From positions 214,575 to 278,574 of the forward strand of contig CAVRHE010000014.1 of NCBI GenBank assembly GCA_963720925.1: 64,000 bases of DNA, in the 5' to 3' direction. Positions 26,145-36,030 of this stretch are shown in pieces (position 1 is the stretch's first letter; each line of letters begins with the position of its first letter). The stretch comes from an uncultured Acidobacteriota bacterium (lineage in GTDB: Bacteria > Actinomycetota > Acidimicrobiia > Spongiisociales > ZC4RG35). A program made the position numbers and the translations under genes. The notes under the pieces were generated by a model. The model worked only from the letters and a program-made list of their open reading frames with translations. It was not told the DNA's origin and made no database searches.

Positions 26145-27743
26145 CTACTCCTGCGGGACACCGTCGACAACCGGTATCGCGTTCCCGCTCCACGGCAGGT
26201 CGGCCGTCTCACATCCAGGGAAGTCCCTGGAGGGGCCTGGGGTGTCCGCGCTGAAAGTGCCACCGAAGGTCTGATCCACTTGCGGGATCAAGGCCACGGT
26301 CTGCTGCACCACTTCCTCGCCATCGAGGACCAGCTGGGAGAGGTACACGTCGACGATCCCGTGACGGTTCTCGTCCAGGCTGACCGGCCCATAGGGCAGC
26401 TCGAGAGTCATCCCTGCGAGCTCGGCGCGCAGCGCCTCATGGTTGTTCGACAGGTCTCCTTCGACGGCATTCAGCGCATTGACCAACGCAACACCGCCGC
26501 TGTAGTAGCCGTAGAAGAACCCGAAGGCAGCTGCCACCGATGGTGGTGCGGGCTCGTTGCCGCTCAGGGCACCCGCCAGGGTCTCCCAGGCCGCGTCGGC
26601 GCTGGCCAGGTACTCGTCGATCTCTGGCGAGCTCACGTCACCTGGAGGAGTGGCGAATCCACCCACATAGGCGCCGGCGATGCCCGGGCCCAATGTCGAG
26701 GCGAGCCCCGGGTTGAAGAACAGGTTGCCGGCATGTTGATCGCCGGTCAGCTCGCCCTTCGCGTTGACGAACGCTTCGAGGGCAGCCGTGGTCCCGGTGC
26801 CGCCGACAACCCAGAAGTAACCGTCGACCTCATCGGGGTCGGGCAGCTGCTGGATGAACGACGAGTAGTCCGTCGTCCCCAATGGCGGGTAGATCCGCGC
26901 CTCGGGCGCGATCGTTCCACCGACTGCACAGAAGTCGGCGATGAAGCCCGCAGACGATGTCCAGCCGAAGCTGTAGTCGTCGACGATGATGGCGGCTGTG
27001 TCCCATCCTGCCTGGTTGTGCAGGATGTCACCCAGACCCGCATTCCATTGGGCGCCATCGCCGTGGAACCGGAAGTAGTTGGGCGCCTGCACCTGCAAGG
27101 TCGTCTCTTGAGCGCCGGCGATGCCACTGAGAACCGTGATCTCCGGATGGTCTTTCGCATAGTTGGCGACAGCGATCGACTCGTCACCGGATAGTGGCCC
27201 GATCACGATCTCGGCGCCGTTCTCCTCGACGAGCGTCCGTATCTCCTGGATGATCCGGTCGGCCGTGTCATCACCACAACCGATCCCGACCAGCTCGATC
27301 TCGCGGCCACCGGCGACGGCGTTGGCGAACCCGTCGAGGGCGGTGGTCGTCGAATTGCTGGTAGCTCCAGCGTGGTTGATGAGTGCCAACGTCACCCCGG
27401 CCACGACATCTTCGTTGAAGCCGCCGAAGGCTCCCTCACACTCGGCGAGGATCCCGAGCTTGATCGACTCGCCGCTTGCCGCGGTCGTGTCGGTCGAAGC
27501 CTCGGTGGTCGCCGTGGTCTCCTCGGTGGCCTCGGTCGTGTCCGCGGCACCTGACGTGGTGCCGGTGGTGTCCGTGGTCTCGCCGGCACATGCCGCCACG
27601 GTCAACGCCAGAACGGCTAGTAAGGCCAGCCACCGAGCTGGCCTCGACCGTCCGGTCTCAGTTGCTCTCATTCGTTCCTCCTCATCGGCGAGCATTCGTC
27701 TCTCGCGCTCTTCCTTGTTGTCGTCCGCCGGCTCGGGCATCAC
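26145..27743 (-). CDS. ABC transporter substrate-binding lipoprotein (Leu/Ile/Val-binding-protein-like fold)
   Basis: Signal and lipobox LALLAVLALTVAACAGE, then a Thr/Glu/Ala-rich linker and a periplasmic-binding-protein-like body. The start could be 27743 (ATGA coupling to livM) or an internal Met (MRATETGRSRPARW...). Confidence 0.75.
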   Translation of the reverse strand: MMPEPADDNKEERERRMLADEEERMRATETGRSRPARWLALLAVLALTVAACAGETTDTTGTTSGAADTTEATEETTATTEASTDTTAASGESIKLGILAECEGAFGGFNEDVVAGVTLALINHAGATSNSTTTALDGFANAVAGGREIELVGIGCGDDTADRIIQEIRTLVEENGAEIVIGPLSGDESIAVANYAKDHPEITVLSGIAGAQETTLQVQAPNYFRFHGDGAQWNAGLGDILHNQAGWDTAAIIVDDYSFGWTSSAGFIADFCAVGGTIAPEARIYPPLGTTDYSSFIQQLPDPDEVDGYFWVVGGTGTTAALEAFVNAKGELTGDQHAGNLFFNPGLASTLGPGIAGAYVGGFATPPGDVSSPEIDEYLASADAAWETLAGALSGNEPAPPSVAAAFGFFYGYYSGGVALVNALNAVEGDLSNNHEALRAELAGMTLELPYGPVSLDENRHGIVDVYLSQLVLDGEEVVQQTVALIPQVDQTFGGTFSADTPGPSRDFPGCETADLPWSGNAIPVVDGVPQE

Positions 27744-28759
27744 CCGCTACCGACTCTGGCCATCGCGGGCACCGAGGCTTCCGCTTCTCGCTTCCCCCGA
27801 CGAAGCCGGTCGATGATGCCCATGATTCCCTCGGGCGAGAGAACCATGATCAACAGCACCAGGAGCCCGATCACTGTGTTGAACCGTGCCTCCGTGATGC
27901 CGATCTGGTCGACCAGCGGGACGTTTCGCAAATAGATGTTGGCCGAGACATAGACGGCCGCGCCGAGCCAGGCGCCTTCGAAATAGGAGATGCCCCCGAT
28001 AACCGCGATTATGAGGAGATCGAGCGTCGGCCCGATTGAGATCGAGGTCGGGTCGATCTGACCGTTCCACCAGATGTTGAGTATCCCGGCGCATCCTGCG
28101 ACGAACCCCGCGATGACAAATGCCAGGGTCCGATGCAGAGGGACGTTGAAGCCGAGTGACGCCATCCTGATCGGGTCGTCCCGGGTGCCCTGCAAGGCCA
28201 GGCCAAAAGGCGTTCGGGCGATTGCCTTGAAACCGAGATAGACCACCAACGAAAGGCCCAGGGCGACGTAGTAGAGGCGCCAGGGGTGCCCCTCGAACAG
28301 GGGCGGCGGCCTTATCCCGGTGATGCCTCCGAATCCCGACAAGGTGGTGACCTGCCCGAAGAAGTAGTACCCGATCACCGCGTAGGTCAGAGTCAACATC
28401 AGGAAGTAGATGCCACTCGTCCGGCTGGCCAGCGCTCCCAGCACCAAGGCGACGACCAGGCAGATCACAAGGGCAAAGATCACTCCCACCCAGGGATCCC
28501 AACCCAGTTTGAGCCCCTTCGACCCGGAGTCGCCCACCGCGTTACCCACCATGAACCCTGCCACCCCGAATATCAGGAACTGGCCCAGGGAGACCATCCC
28601 GCCATAACGGAACAGGAACACGATCGAGGCAGCGGCGATGGCGAGGATCAGGATCCTGGTCATGAGGAAAGACGTGACGAACTCGGATGACACCAGCGGG
28701 AGTGCCACCAATCCTGCGGCCACCGCGACGAGGGCGATCTTTGCTGGTGAAGCGCTCAC
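27740..28759 (-). CDS. livM: LivM-like ABC transporter permease
   Basis: GTG 28759 overlaps the livH stop (GTGA). Polytopic, with the motif ...ALQGTRDDPIRMASLGFNV... The longer ORF to 28969 overlaps livH. Confidence 0.8.
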   Translation of the reverse strand: MSASPAKIALVAVAAGLVALPLVSSEFVTSFLMTRILILAIAAASIVFLFRYGGMVSLGQFLIFGVAGFMVGNAVGDSGSKGLKLGWDPWVGVIFALVICLVVALVLGALASRTSGIYFLMLTLTYAVIGYYFFGQVTTLSGFGGITGIRPPPLFEGHPWRLYYVALGLSLVVYLGFKAIARTPFGLALQGTRDDPIRMASLGFNVPLHRTLAFVIAGFVAGCAGILNIWWNGQIDPTSISIGPTLDLLIIAVIGGISYFEGAWLGAAVYVSANIYLRNVPLVDQIGITEARFNTVIGLLVLLIMVLSPEGIMGIIDRLRRGKREAEASVPAMARVGSG

Positions 28760-29835
28760 GCCGGTCTCCCGAACAGACCGTATGGCCGAACTGCGAGAAC
28801 CACTGCCAGCAACACGAAGGTGAGGATGATGCTGTAGAAGGTGAACTCCGCGGGCAGGTAGGCCGGGGAGAACGAGACGACCAATCCGAAGAGGAGGGAC
28901 CCGGCCACCGCCCCTTTCAGCGAGCCCAAGCCGCCAACGATCACCACCACCAGCGAATTGAGGAGCCACTGCCCGTCCGCCCCAGGCGCGACACCGGCGA
29001 ATGAGGCGCCCATGACCCCACCCACGCCGGCCAGGAAAGCGCCGACGAAGAAGGTGATGGCAAAGACCCCAAGGATGTTTATCCCCAATGCCCGGACCAT
29101 GTCGCGGTCATCGACACCGGCACGGATGATCATTCCCATCCTCGTTCTGTCCAGCCAAAGCCAAAGTGCCACTCCGACCACGATGGCGACTCCGAGCATG
29201 AACAACCTCGAGGTGGCATAGCGCTCACCGGCGATCTCGAAGAAGTGGGTCACCGCTCCGGGCCAGATCATCCTGGTGGCCAGCCCGCCGAACCAAGCCA
29301 ACATCTGATCGGCGAGGATCACCGCCACGGCCAGCGTGATCAGGGCCTGGCGCAGCTCCTGGCCCTCGTTCCAACGCAACAGCACCTGCTGGACGATGAT
29401 GCCGATCACAGCCGCCACCAGTGCCCCCACCAACAGCGGCACGAACCAGGCAGCCATGCTCACGTCGGCAGGCTCGATGTTGCGCGTCTTACCCACCATG
29501 GTCTGCTGCACGGTGATGCCGAGGTAGGCGGCCATGAGGAAGAGCGACCCGTGGGCCATGTTCACGGTTCGCATCAGGCCGAAGATGAGCGTGAATCCAG
29601 AAGCCACCACGAAGAACAGCCCGGCCACGGTGATCGCGTCGAGCAGTGTGACGAGGAACTCCCCAGGTTCGGCGATGGCGGGGCCTGCCGATGTCCCACG
29701 GGCGAGGAACAGGACCCAGGCGAGGAGCAACAGAAGGGGCACAGCCGCCACGGCAATCAGGATGCGGCGCCTCAGCTCCGGCCGTCTCCGGGCGCCTCCC
29801 ATTGCCTCTGACCCGGCAGTTTTGGCCAGACTCAT
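28756..29835 (-). CDS. livH: LivH-like ABC transporter permease
   Basis: 359 aa, polytopic: ...VNMAHGSLFMLAAY..., ...IRAGVDDRDMVRALGINI... Confidence 0.8.
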   Translation of the reverse strand: MSLAKTAGSEAMGGARRRPELRRRILIAVAAVPLLLLLAWVLFLARGTSAGPAIAEPGEFLVTLLDAITVAGLFFVVASGFTLIFGLMRTVNMAHGSLFLMAAYLGITVQQTMVGKTRNIEPADVSMAAWFVPLLVGALVAAVIGIIVQQVLLRWNEGQELRQALITLAVAVILADQMLAWFGGLATRMIWPGAVTHFFEIAGERYATSRLFMLGVAIVVGVALWLWLDRTRMGMIIRAGVDDRDMVRALGINILGVFAITFFVGAFLAGVGGVMGASFAGVAPGADGQWLLNSLVVVIVGGLGSLKGAVAGSLLFGLVVSFSPAYLPAEFTFYSIILTFVLLAVVLAVRPYGLFGRPA

Positions 29836-29954
29836 CTATTCACCGGCGACGAAAGTACCACGGCTCGCCAGGGCGCGTGTGTACAAACGTGTATACAATT
29901 TCTGCCGCCTGCGAGCGGCGCCCAGACCCGCTCCTGAGTCGAGGAGGAGGACCG

Positions 29955-30845
29955 ATGCACCTGTCCATGCACAACTGGATGCGAGCCGAGCCAATCGAGG
30001 TGACCATCACCCGGCTAGCCAAATTCGGCTACTCGAGCATCGAGATCAGCGGGGAGCCGGACCTCTACGACACCAAGCATGTCAAGGGGCTCCTGGACGA
30101 CGCCGGCCTCGAATGCTGGGGTGCCGTGACACTGATGCTCGGGGATCGCAACCTGGTGGCGAAGGACGAGGCACAGCGGGCGGCCTCGGTCAAGTACGTC
30201 AAGGACTGCATCACGATGGTCAAGGAGCTGCAGGGCCAGGAGATCACCATCGTGCCCGCCACGGTGGGCAAGATCATCCCCGACGGTTCCCCCGAGGAGG
30301 AGTGGAAGTGGGCCGTGGACGGCATGGCCGAGATCATGGCTCATGCCCTCGTCGAGGGTGTTCGTCCGTGTATCGAGCCACTGAACCGGTTCGAGACGTA
30401 CTTCATCAACCGCGGGGAGCAGGCACTGGCGCTGGCCGAGGCCACGGGCCCCGACTGTGGGGTTTGCATGGACGCCTTCCACATCAACATCGAGGAAGCG
30501 GACTGGCGCCAAGCCATCCTCGATGTCGGCGACCGTCTCACCGATTTCCACGTCGCCGAGAACAATCGGATGCCCCCGGGCATGGGTGACTACGACTGGG
30601 CCGAGGTCGTTGCCCTCCTTCGGCAGGTCGGCTACGACGGGGCGTTGACCATGGAATTCGTGGCTCCGATCGATCGCACCCCGGCCAATCACTATCCCAA
30701 CGCGATCGACAACAACCCGGCCGGAATCTCTCCCGAGCAGCTCAAGTTCATCCAGGACCACGGCAGCTCGACCCTCAGTGAGGAGTTCTACGACTGGATG
30801 GTCGAACAGGCCAGTGCCCACGTGCTGCCACTGATCCAAGACTGA
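29955..30845 (+). CDS. Xylose-isomerase-like TIM-barrel protein (sugar phosphate isomerase/epimerase family)
   Basis: ATG 29955 is preceded by GGAGGAGGA. 296 aa: ...FGYSSIEISGEP..., CIEPLNRFETYFIN, FHVAENNRMPPGMGDYDW. Confidence 0.75.
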   Translation: MHLSMHNWMRAEPIEVTITRLAKFGYSSIEISGEPDLYDTKHVKGLLDDAGLECWGAVTLMLGDRNLVAKDEAQRAASVKYVKDCITMVKELQGQEITIVPATVGKIIPDGSPEEEWKWAVDGMAEIMAHALVEGVRPCIEPLNRFETYFINRGEQALALAEATGPDCGVCMDAFHINIEEADWRQAILDVGDRLTDFHVAENNRMPPGMGDYDWAEVVALLRQVGYDGALTMEFVAPIDRTPANHYPNAIDNNPAGISPEQLKFIQDHGSSTLSEEFYDWMVEQASAHVLPLIQD

Positions 30846-30847
30846 GA

Positions 30848-32107
30848 GTGGCGCCAAACGTCGTCGTCGTCGGCACCCTGGACACCAAAGGCCCCGAGGT
30901 GGCGTACATCCGCGATCGTCTCATCGAGCAGGGTTGTGCCACGACGGTGATAGACGTCGGGATCCTGGGCGAGCCACTCGGCATCGTTCCCGACATAGAC
31001 CACGGCCAGGTGGCGGCGTACGCAGGGACCACGATCGAGGAGGTCCGCCAGGCCGGGACCCGGGGACGAGCGGTCGCCACGATGCGCAGTGCCGTCCAGT
31101 CATTGATGACGGAGCTGCACGATCGCGGAATGGTGGATGCCGCAATCGGGCTGGGCGGCGCGGAGGGCGCGGTGATGGGCGCCGCTGCTCTGATGGTGCT
31201 CCCGATCGGCGTGCCAAAAGTGCTGTTGAGCCCAATCGCGTCCGGTCGTCACGAGTTCGGGCCTCTGGTGGGCACTTCGGACATGATGGTGGTGCACACC
31301 GTGGTCGACATCATGGGTCTGAACCCGGTGGCGACCACGGTGTTCGACAACGTGGCCACGGCGGTGGCCGCCATGGCCGCCAATCCGCGCCGACTCCAAC
31401 CAGGTGGTCCTGAAAGTCGTTTCGTCGGCGTGACGATGCTCGGCAACACCACCAAGGCGGTGATGGCTCTGCGCGATCGCCTGGCCGAGCACGGCTACCA
31501 GGCCGTCGTATTCCACTCCAATGGTGTCGGCGGGCCTGCCATGGAGGAGCTGGCGGAGGCAGGGCAGTTCATCGGCGTCATCGACTTCACCACCAACGAG
31601 GTCACCGATCCGATGGTCGGAGGCATCCACGACGGAGGACCGCGCCGACTGGAGAGGGTCGGCGAGGCAGGTCTGCCACAGATCGTGGTCCCGGGATGCA
31701 TCGATTTCAGTGTGTTCGCCAGTGGGCAGGTTCCTCCGGATCTGGCCGACCGACCAACCTACGACCACAACCCCGAGTACACCCTGGTCCGGACTCCGGA
31801 GAGCCAAATGGAACAAATCGGGCATCTCTTCGCGGAGCGCCTCAATCGGGCGACCGGCCCAATTGCCGTCGCCATCCCCACCGCGGGTCTTTCCATTCCC
31901 AATGTGCCGGGTGGGGAGTTCTGGGACCCGGACGCCGACGAGGCCTTCGTCAAGTGCCTCCGGAACGACCTCCGGCCCGACATCGCGATTCACGACTTCG
32001 ATCATCACGTCAACGACCCCCGCTTTGGGGAGATCGTCGCCGACCTGTTCGTCGCCCTGTTAGAGCAGGCTGGCCCATCGACACCACAACTGGAGAGAGC
32101 GAAATGA
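30848..32107 (+). CDS. UPF0261 / Tm-1-like N-terminal ATP-binding domain family protein, copy 1
   Basis: 419 aa: VVVVGTLDTKGPEVAYIRDRL... Clear paralog of 36031-37254 ([20 protein letters not shown]...). It starts 2 nt after the upstream stop. Confidence 0.7.
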   Translation: MAPNVVVVGTLDTKGPEVAYIRDRLIEQGCATTVIDVGILGEPLGIVPDIDHGQVAAYAGTTIEEVRQAGTRGRAVATMRSAVQSLMTELHDRGMVDAAIGLGGAEGAVMGAAALMVLPIGVPKVLLSPIASGRHEFGPLVGTSDMMVVHTVVDIMGLNPVATTVFDNVATAVAAMAANPRRLQPGGPESRFVGVTMLGNTTKAVMALRDRLAEHGYQAVVFHSNGVGGPAMEELAEAGQFIGVIDFTTNEVTDPMVGGIHDGGPRRLERVGEAGLPQIVVPGCIDFSVFASGQVPPDLADRPTYDHNPEYTLVRTPESQMEQIGHLFAERLNRATGPIAVAIPTAGLSIPNVPGGEFWDPDADEAFVKCLRNDLRPDIAIHDFDHHVNDPRFGEIVADLFVALLEQAGPSTPQLERAK

Positions 32108-33012
32108 CCACAGACTCATTGCTGGATATCACCGAAGCCGAACGGGCATTTCGAGAACAGTTCGTCTCATGGAACCTGGCTGAGCTTTCCTATGTGGACA
32201 TCCGTGCCTATCTCGAAGAGAAGGACATGGTGCTGGTGCCGATGGCGAGCACCGAACAGCACGGACCACATCTCCCGCTCTACTGCGACACCATCACCGC
32301 CATCGAGATATCAGCCCGGGTGTCCCGTCTGATCGGAGTACTGCACACTCCGCCGATCTGGACGGGCTATTCACCGCAACACATGCACCGTCCCGGTGAG
32401 GGTCGTGGCACCATCACTGTCCGCTCGACGACGTTGCTCGCCCTGATGGAAGACGTGGCACGAAGCCTCATCCACCACGGGTTCAACCGGATCGTCTTCG
32501 TGAACGGTCATGGGTCGAACATCAAGGTGGTCGACCCGGTCCTCCGCAAACTGCGCTACGAGACCGGCGCCCTCATCGGATTGGTCAAGCCCTACATGGA
32601 GCGCTACGTCGGCGTGGTCGAGGGGATCTTCGAGAACCCGCCCGAGGAGACCCCCGGATGGCACTCGAGTGAATGGGAAACCTCCCAGTGCCTGGCGTGG
32701 AACGAAGACCTGGTTCGAATGGACAGGGCCGAGCACACCCCAACTTCGGTCCCCGACTTCCTCCCCGACTCCTTCAGGAAATTCGACGGTGCCCCCGACG
32801 TGGAGTTCGAGGGCTACACCTATTTCAATTTTCCAATGGATCATCACGAGTTCACCGAGACCGGGGTCATCGGCAACCCGTTGCGTGCCACCAAGGAAAA
32901 GGGCGAGGAGTCGTTCAGGAGGTACTCCGAGCACGTGGCTCGAGGTGTGCTCGAGCTCATGCAGGTACCGGTCAAGGTCGAGAACCGTGAGTTCGTCGAC
33001 CGGGTCATGTGA
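32104..33012 (+). CDS. Creatininase-family amidohydrolase
   Basis: ATGA overlap with the upstream gene. 302 aa: ...LVPMASTEQHGPHLPLYCD..., ...VFVNGHGSN..., ...HSSEWETS... Confidence 0.75.
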   Translation: MTTDSLLDITEAERAFREQFVSWNLAELSYVDIRAYLEEKDMVLVPMASTEQHGPHLPLYCDTITAIEISARVSRLIGVLHTPPIWTGYSPQHMHRPGEGRGTITVRSTTLLALMEDVARSLIHHGFNRIVFVNGHGSNIKVVDPVLRKLRYETGALIGLVKPYMERYVGVVEGIFENPPEETPGWHSSEWETSQCLAWNEDLVRMDRAEHTPTSVPDFLPDSFRKFDGAPDVEFEGYTYFNFPMDHHEFTETGVIGNPLRATKEKGEESFRRYSEHVARGVLELMQVPVKVENREFVDRVM

Positions 33013-33708
33013 TGGGAGAAGCCGAGTCGACCACCGTCACCGACCGGGCCTACACCCAGCTGCGCGAGCTCCTCACCAGCGACAGCGTGAGCCCTGGAGA
33101 CCACCTCAGGGAGGTGGCGCTGGCGGAATGGCTCGGAATCAGTCGAACACCGGTGCGGGCGGCTTTGCAGACGGTTGGAGCTGGACCAGCTGGTGCGTCG
33201 AAATCACAACAGCGGGTACTCGGTCGCCGGGCTCACCCCGACCGATGTGCGGGAGGTGTGTGACGTGCTCCGCCTCGTCGATGCCGCGGTGTTCATTCGA
33301 GCAGCGGAGAATCTGACCGAGGAACAGGGTGGGGCACTCCGCGAGTGTGTCGACATGATGGAGCAGGCTGCGGTCGAAAAGGATCTCGACCGATGGTCGG
33401 AAGGCGACGGTGTCTTCCACGAGATCCTGCAGAACGCTTCCGATCACGCCCTGCTCTCGGACATCGCAGCCAAGCAGCGGCGGCGGCTCCACCGGTTCTG
33501 GACGTCGGAGCCTGGCCGTCTCGAGCGACTGGCTTTATGCGCCGAGGAACACGCCTCGATCGCCGGCTCGGTCGCCGCCTCGGACCATGAGGCGACACGC
33601 CGACTCGTCCACGACCACATCGATCACATGGAGGCCAGCCTGATTCGCCAGCTCGACGTGGCGCGTCCGTTCATCTCGACGAACAGCTCTGCCCTCGACC
33701 ATGTCTGA
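33009..33708 (+). pseudogene. GntR-family (FadR-like) transcriptional regulator, with one frameshift near 33168-33172
   Basis: The N-terminal wHTH is ...DRAYTQLRELLTSDSVSPGDHLREVALAEWLGISRTPVRAALQ. The continuation RLELDQLVRRNHNSGYSVAGLT... and the all-helical C-terminal domain are ORF 33175-33708. Confidence 0.75.
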
Positions 33709-35152
33709 CTCCCGGTCCGGATATCGACTGAGGATGCTCCAACACGAGTTGTCAGACGTCGTTGGCGCCAAACACACCTCGACTGACGCGGGTGAGCTCA
33801 CCGAGCAGGCGGCGGACTGGTCCTGGATGTCTCAGCTCTACCGGCTCCACGGGATGCAGCTTCCTGTTGCCGACGTGATGGTTCGGCCCGGGACCGCCCA
33901 GGAGGTCGCGGGCGTGGTGCGCATAGCCAGCGACCATCGGGTCCCGGTGGTGCCGCGGGGCGGTGGGTCCGGCACGCAGGGCGGGACCTTCGCCCTGTAT
34001 GGCGGGATCTCCGTCGACCTGACCCGCATGGACCGGATCATCGAGATCGACGAGACGAGCCTGGTGATCACCGCCGAGGCAGGCGTCACCGGGCCACAGC
34101 TGGAGCAGGCTGTATCCCCTCTCGGGCTCGCCGTCGCCCACGAGCCCGGGTCCTTCCACTTCGGAGCCACCGTGGGCGGCTGGCTGGCGGCTCGCGGGTC
34201 CGGGGTCAGGTCTACGAAGTACGGCAAGGCCGAGGATCTGGTCCTTCAGGCCGAGGTCGCACTCCCTCCAGGGCGGTTGGTCTCGACGCTTCCTGTCCCG
34301 AGCCATGCCGCCGGACCGGGCCTCCTCCCCCTTCTCGTCGGCTCGGAAGGCACGATGGGTGTTCTGACCTCCGCCACGCTTCGCATGGACCCGATTCCGG
34401 AGAAGCAGGCCTTTCTCACCTTCGAGTTCGAGACGGTTTTCGACGGGCTCGAAGCCGGGCGTCAGATCATGACCCGACGCTGGCGTCCGGCGGTCATGCG
34501 CCTGTACGACGAAGCCGATCGGGACAAGCTCAACGACATCCTGGGGCTCCAGCTCACCGGCGCCCTGCTCGTCGTCATCTGCGACGGGGACCGGCGCCTC
34601 GTCGATCTCGAAGCTGAGGCTGTCACCGAGATATGCAGCGAGGCCGGAGGGGCGTCTCTCGGGCCCGAAGGGGCGAGAACCTGGTGGGATGGCAAGTACG
34701 AGCCGTACGCACAGGGGAAGGCGCCGACACCTCCAACGATCTTCGGTACCACCGACACGGTCTGCACCTTCGATGACATGCCCGACCTCTACCGGGCGAA
34801 GCGAAAGAACATCGAGGAAGGCTTCGCCGAGTACGGCGCCAAGTACACGGCTCATTTCTCGCATTGGTTCCCTTGGGGGGTCATGGTCTATGACCGGTTC
34901 TACGTCCACCAGCCCCCGGATGACCCGTTGGAAGCGCTTGCTCTCCACGATCGTCTGTGGGACTCGGCGGTGCGGACTTCGCTTGCTCAGGGCGGAGTGA
35001 TCAACGAGCACCATGGTGTAGGCGTGAAGCTCGGCCGTTTCATGCGGGAGCAGTACGGCGAGGCGTGGCCATATCTGCAGGCGATCAAGGAGGCCGTCGA
35101 CCCCGACGGGATCCTCAATCCCGGCAAGCTCGGCTTCGGTCCGCCGCGATGA
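33701..35152 (+). CDS. FAD-linked oxidase (FAD_binding_4 / GlcD-like family)
   Basis: 483 aa: ...VVPRGGGSGTQGG..., ...LVGSEGTMGVLTSATLRM..., ...INEHHGVGVKL..., DPDGILNPGKL. 8-nt overlap with the GntR gene. Confidence 0.85.
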   Translation: MSDSRSGYRLRMLQHELSDVVGAKHTSTDAGELTEQAADWSWMSQLYRLHGMQLPVADVMVRPGTAQEVAGVVRIASDHRVPVVPRGGGSGTQGGTFALYGGISVDLTRMDRIIEIDETSLVITAEAGVTGPQLEQAVSPLGLAVAHEPGSFHFGATVGGWLAARGSGVRSTKYGKAEDLVLQAEVALPPGRLVSTLPVPSHAAGPGLLPLLVGSEGTMGVLTSATLRMDPIPEKQAFLTFEFETVFDGLEAGRQIMTRRWRPAVMRLYDEADRDKLNDILGLQLTGALLVVICDGDRRLVDLEAEAVTEICSEAGGASLGPEGARTWWDGKYEPYAQGKAPTPPTIFGTTDTVCTFDDMPDLYRAKRKNIEEGFAEYGAKYTAHFSHWFPWGVMVYDRFYVHQPPDDPLEALALHDRLWDSAVRTSLAQGGVINEHHGVGVKLGRFMREQYGEAWPYLQAIKEAVDPDGILNPGKLGFGPPR

Positions 35153-35175
35153 GCCCGGGCCTGGCTCACCAGTCC

Positions 35176-35940
35176 TCAGCCGGCGAGCCAGCCGCCATCG
35201 ACGTTGAGGATCGTCCCCGTCATATAGGACGAAGCGTCGGAGGCCAGGAAGACGACTGCGCCACCGAGATCAGCGGGCGAGCCCACCCTCCCCATGGGGA
35301 TGCGGGAATGAATCCAGGCGCTTCGCTCCGGGTCCTGGAATACGCCCTCGGTCAACTGGGTGCGAAAATATCCCGGGCTCACCGCGTTCACCCGAATCCC
35401 GGCAGAGGCCCACTCGACAGCCAGGGTCCTCACCACGCCGGCGATGCCTGCCTTCGAAGCGGCATAGGGTGCCGCCCTGGCGATCCCGATGTTCGTCGTC
35501 AGAGACCCGACGAAGATATGGGATCCGATCGAACCGGCTTCTATCTGCCGATTCCCCACCTCGCGGGACAAGAAAAACGGGGCAGTGAGGTTGACCGTCA
35601 AGATCCGATCCCAGTCGTCGAGCTCCACGTCCACCGCTCCTGCCCGGCGCTGCTGACCCGCCGAGTGGACAACGATTTCGATGGGGCCGACCTCGGACCA
35701 GATATCGGCCACCCACGCTGCGATACCAGCGACCTCGGAGAGATCGAAGGCCTTGGTCACCACGTCGTACGAGGCAGCGGCAAGCTCATCCGAGGCTCGG
35801 TCCAGGTCCTCGATGGTGCGGCTGACGAGCACGACTCTTGCTCCGGCGTGGCCCAAGGCCTCGGCCATCGCCCTGCCGAGGCCGCGGCTGGCCCCGGTGA
35901 CCAAAGCGGTCCGGCCGTCGAGGCGGAACCCGTCCGTCAT
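35176..35940 (-). CDS. Short-chain dehydrogenase/reductase (gluconate-5-dehydrogenase-like)
   Basis: 254 aa: ALVTGASRGLGRAMAEAL, HSAG, YAASKAGIAGVVRTLAVEW, VNAVSPGY. Confidence 0.9.
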   Translation of the reverse strand: MTDGFRLDGRTALVTGASRGLGRAMAEALGHAGARVVLVSRTIEDLDRASDELAAASYDVVTKAFDLSEVAGIAAWVADIWSEVGPIEIVVHSAGQQRRAGAVDVELDDWDRILTVNLTAPFFLSREVGNRQIEAGSIGSHIFVGSLTTNIGIARAAPYAASKAGIAGVVRTLAVEWASAGIRVNAVSPGYFRTQLTEGVFQDPERSAWIHSRIPMGRVGSPADLGGAVVFLASDASSYMTGTILNVDGGWLAG

Positions 35941-36030
35941 CGCCAGAAAACCCCCGTCGAGAACATCACTCCACCCTAACCCTCACCGTTCGCCCGCCCC
36001 GGCGGGTCAAATACCTCGAGAGGAGAACCT

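Noticed and set aside
33752-35014. 420-aa reverse-strand ORF
   Set aside because: It is antisense to the well-supported FAD-linked oxidase gene.
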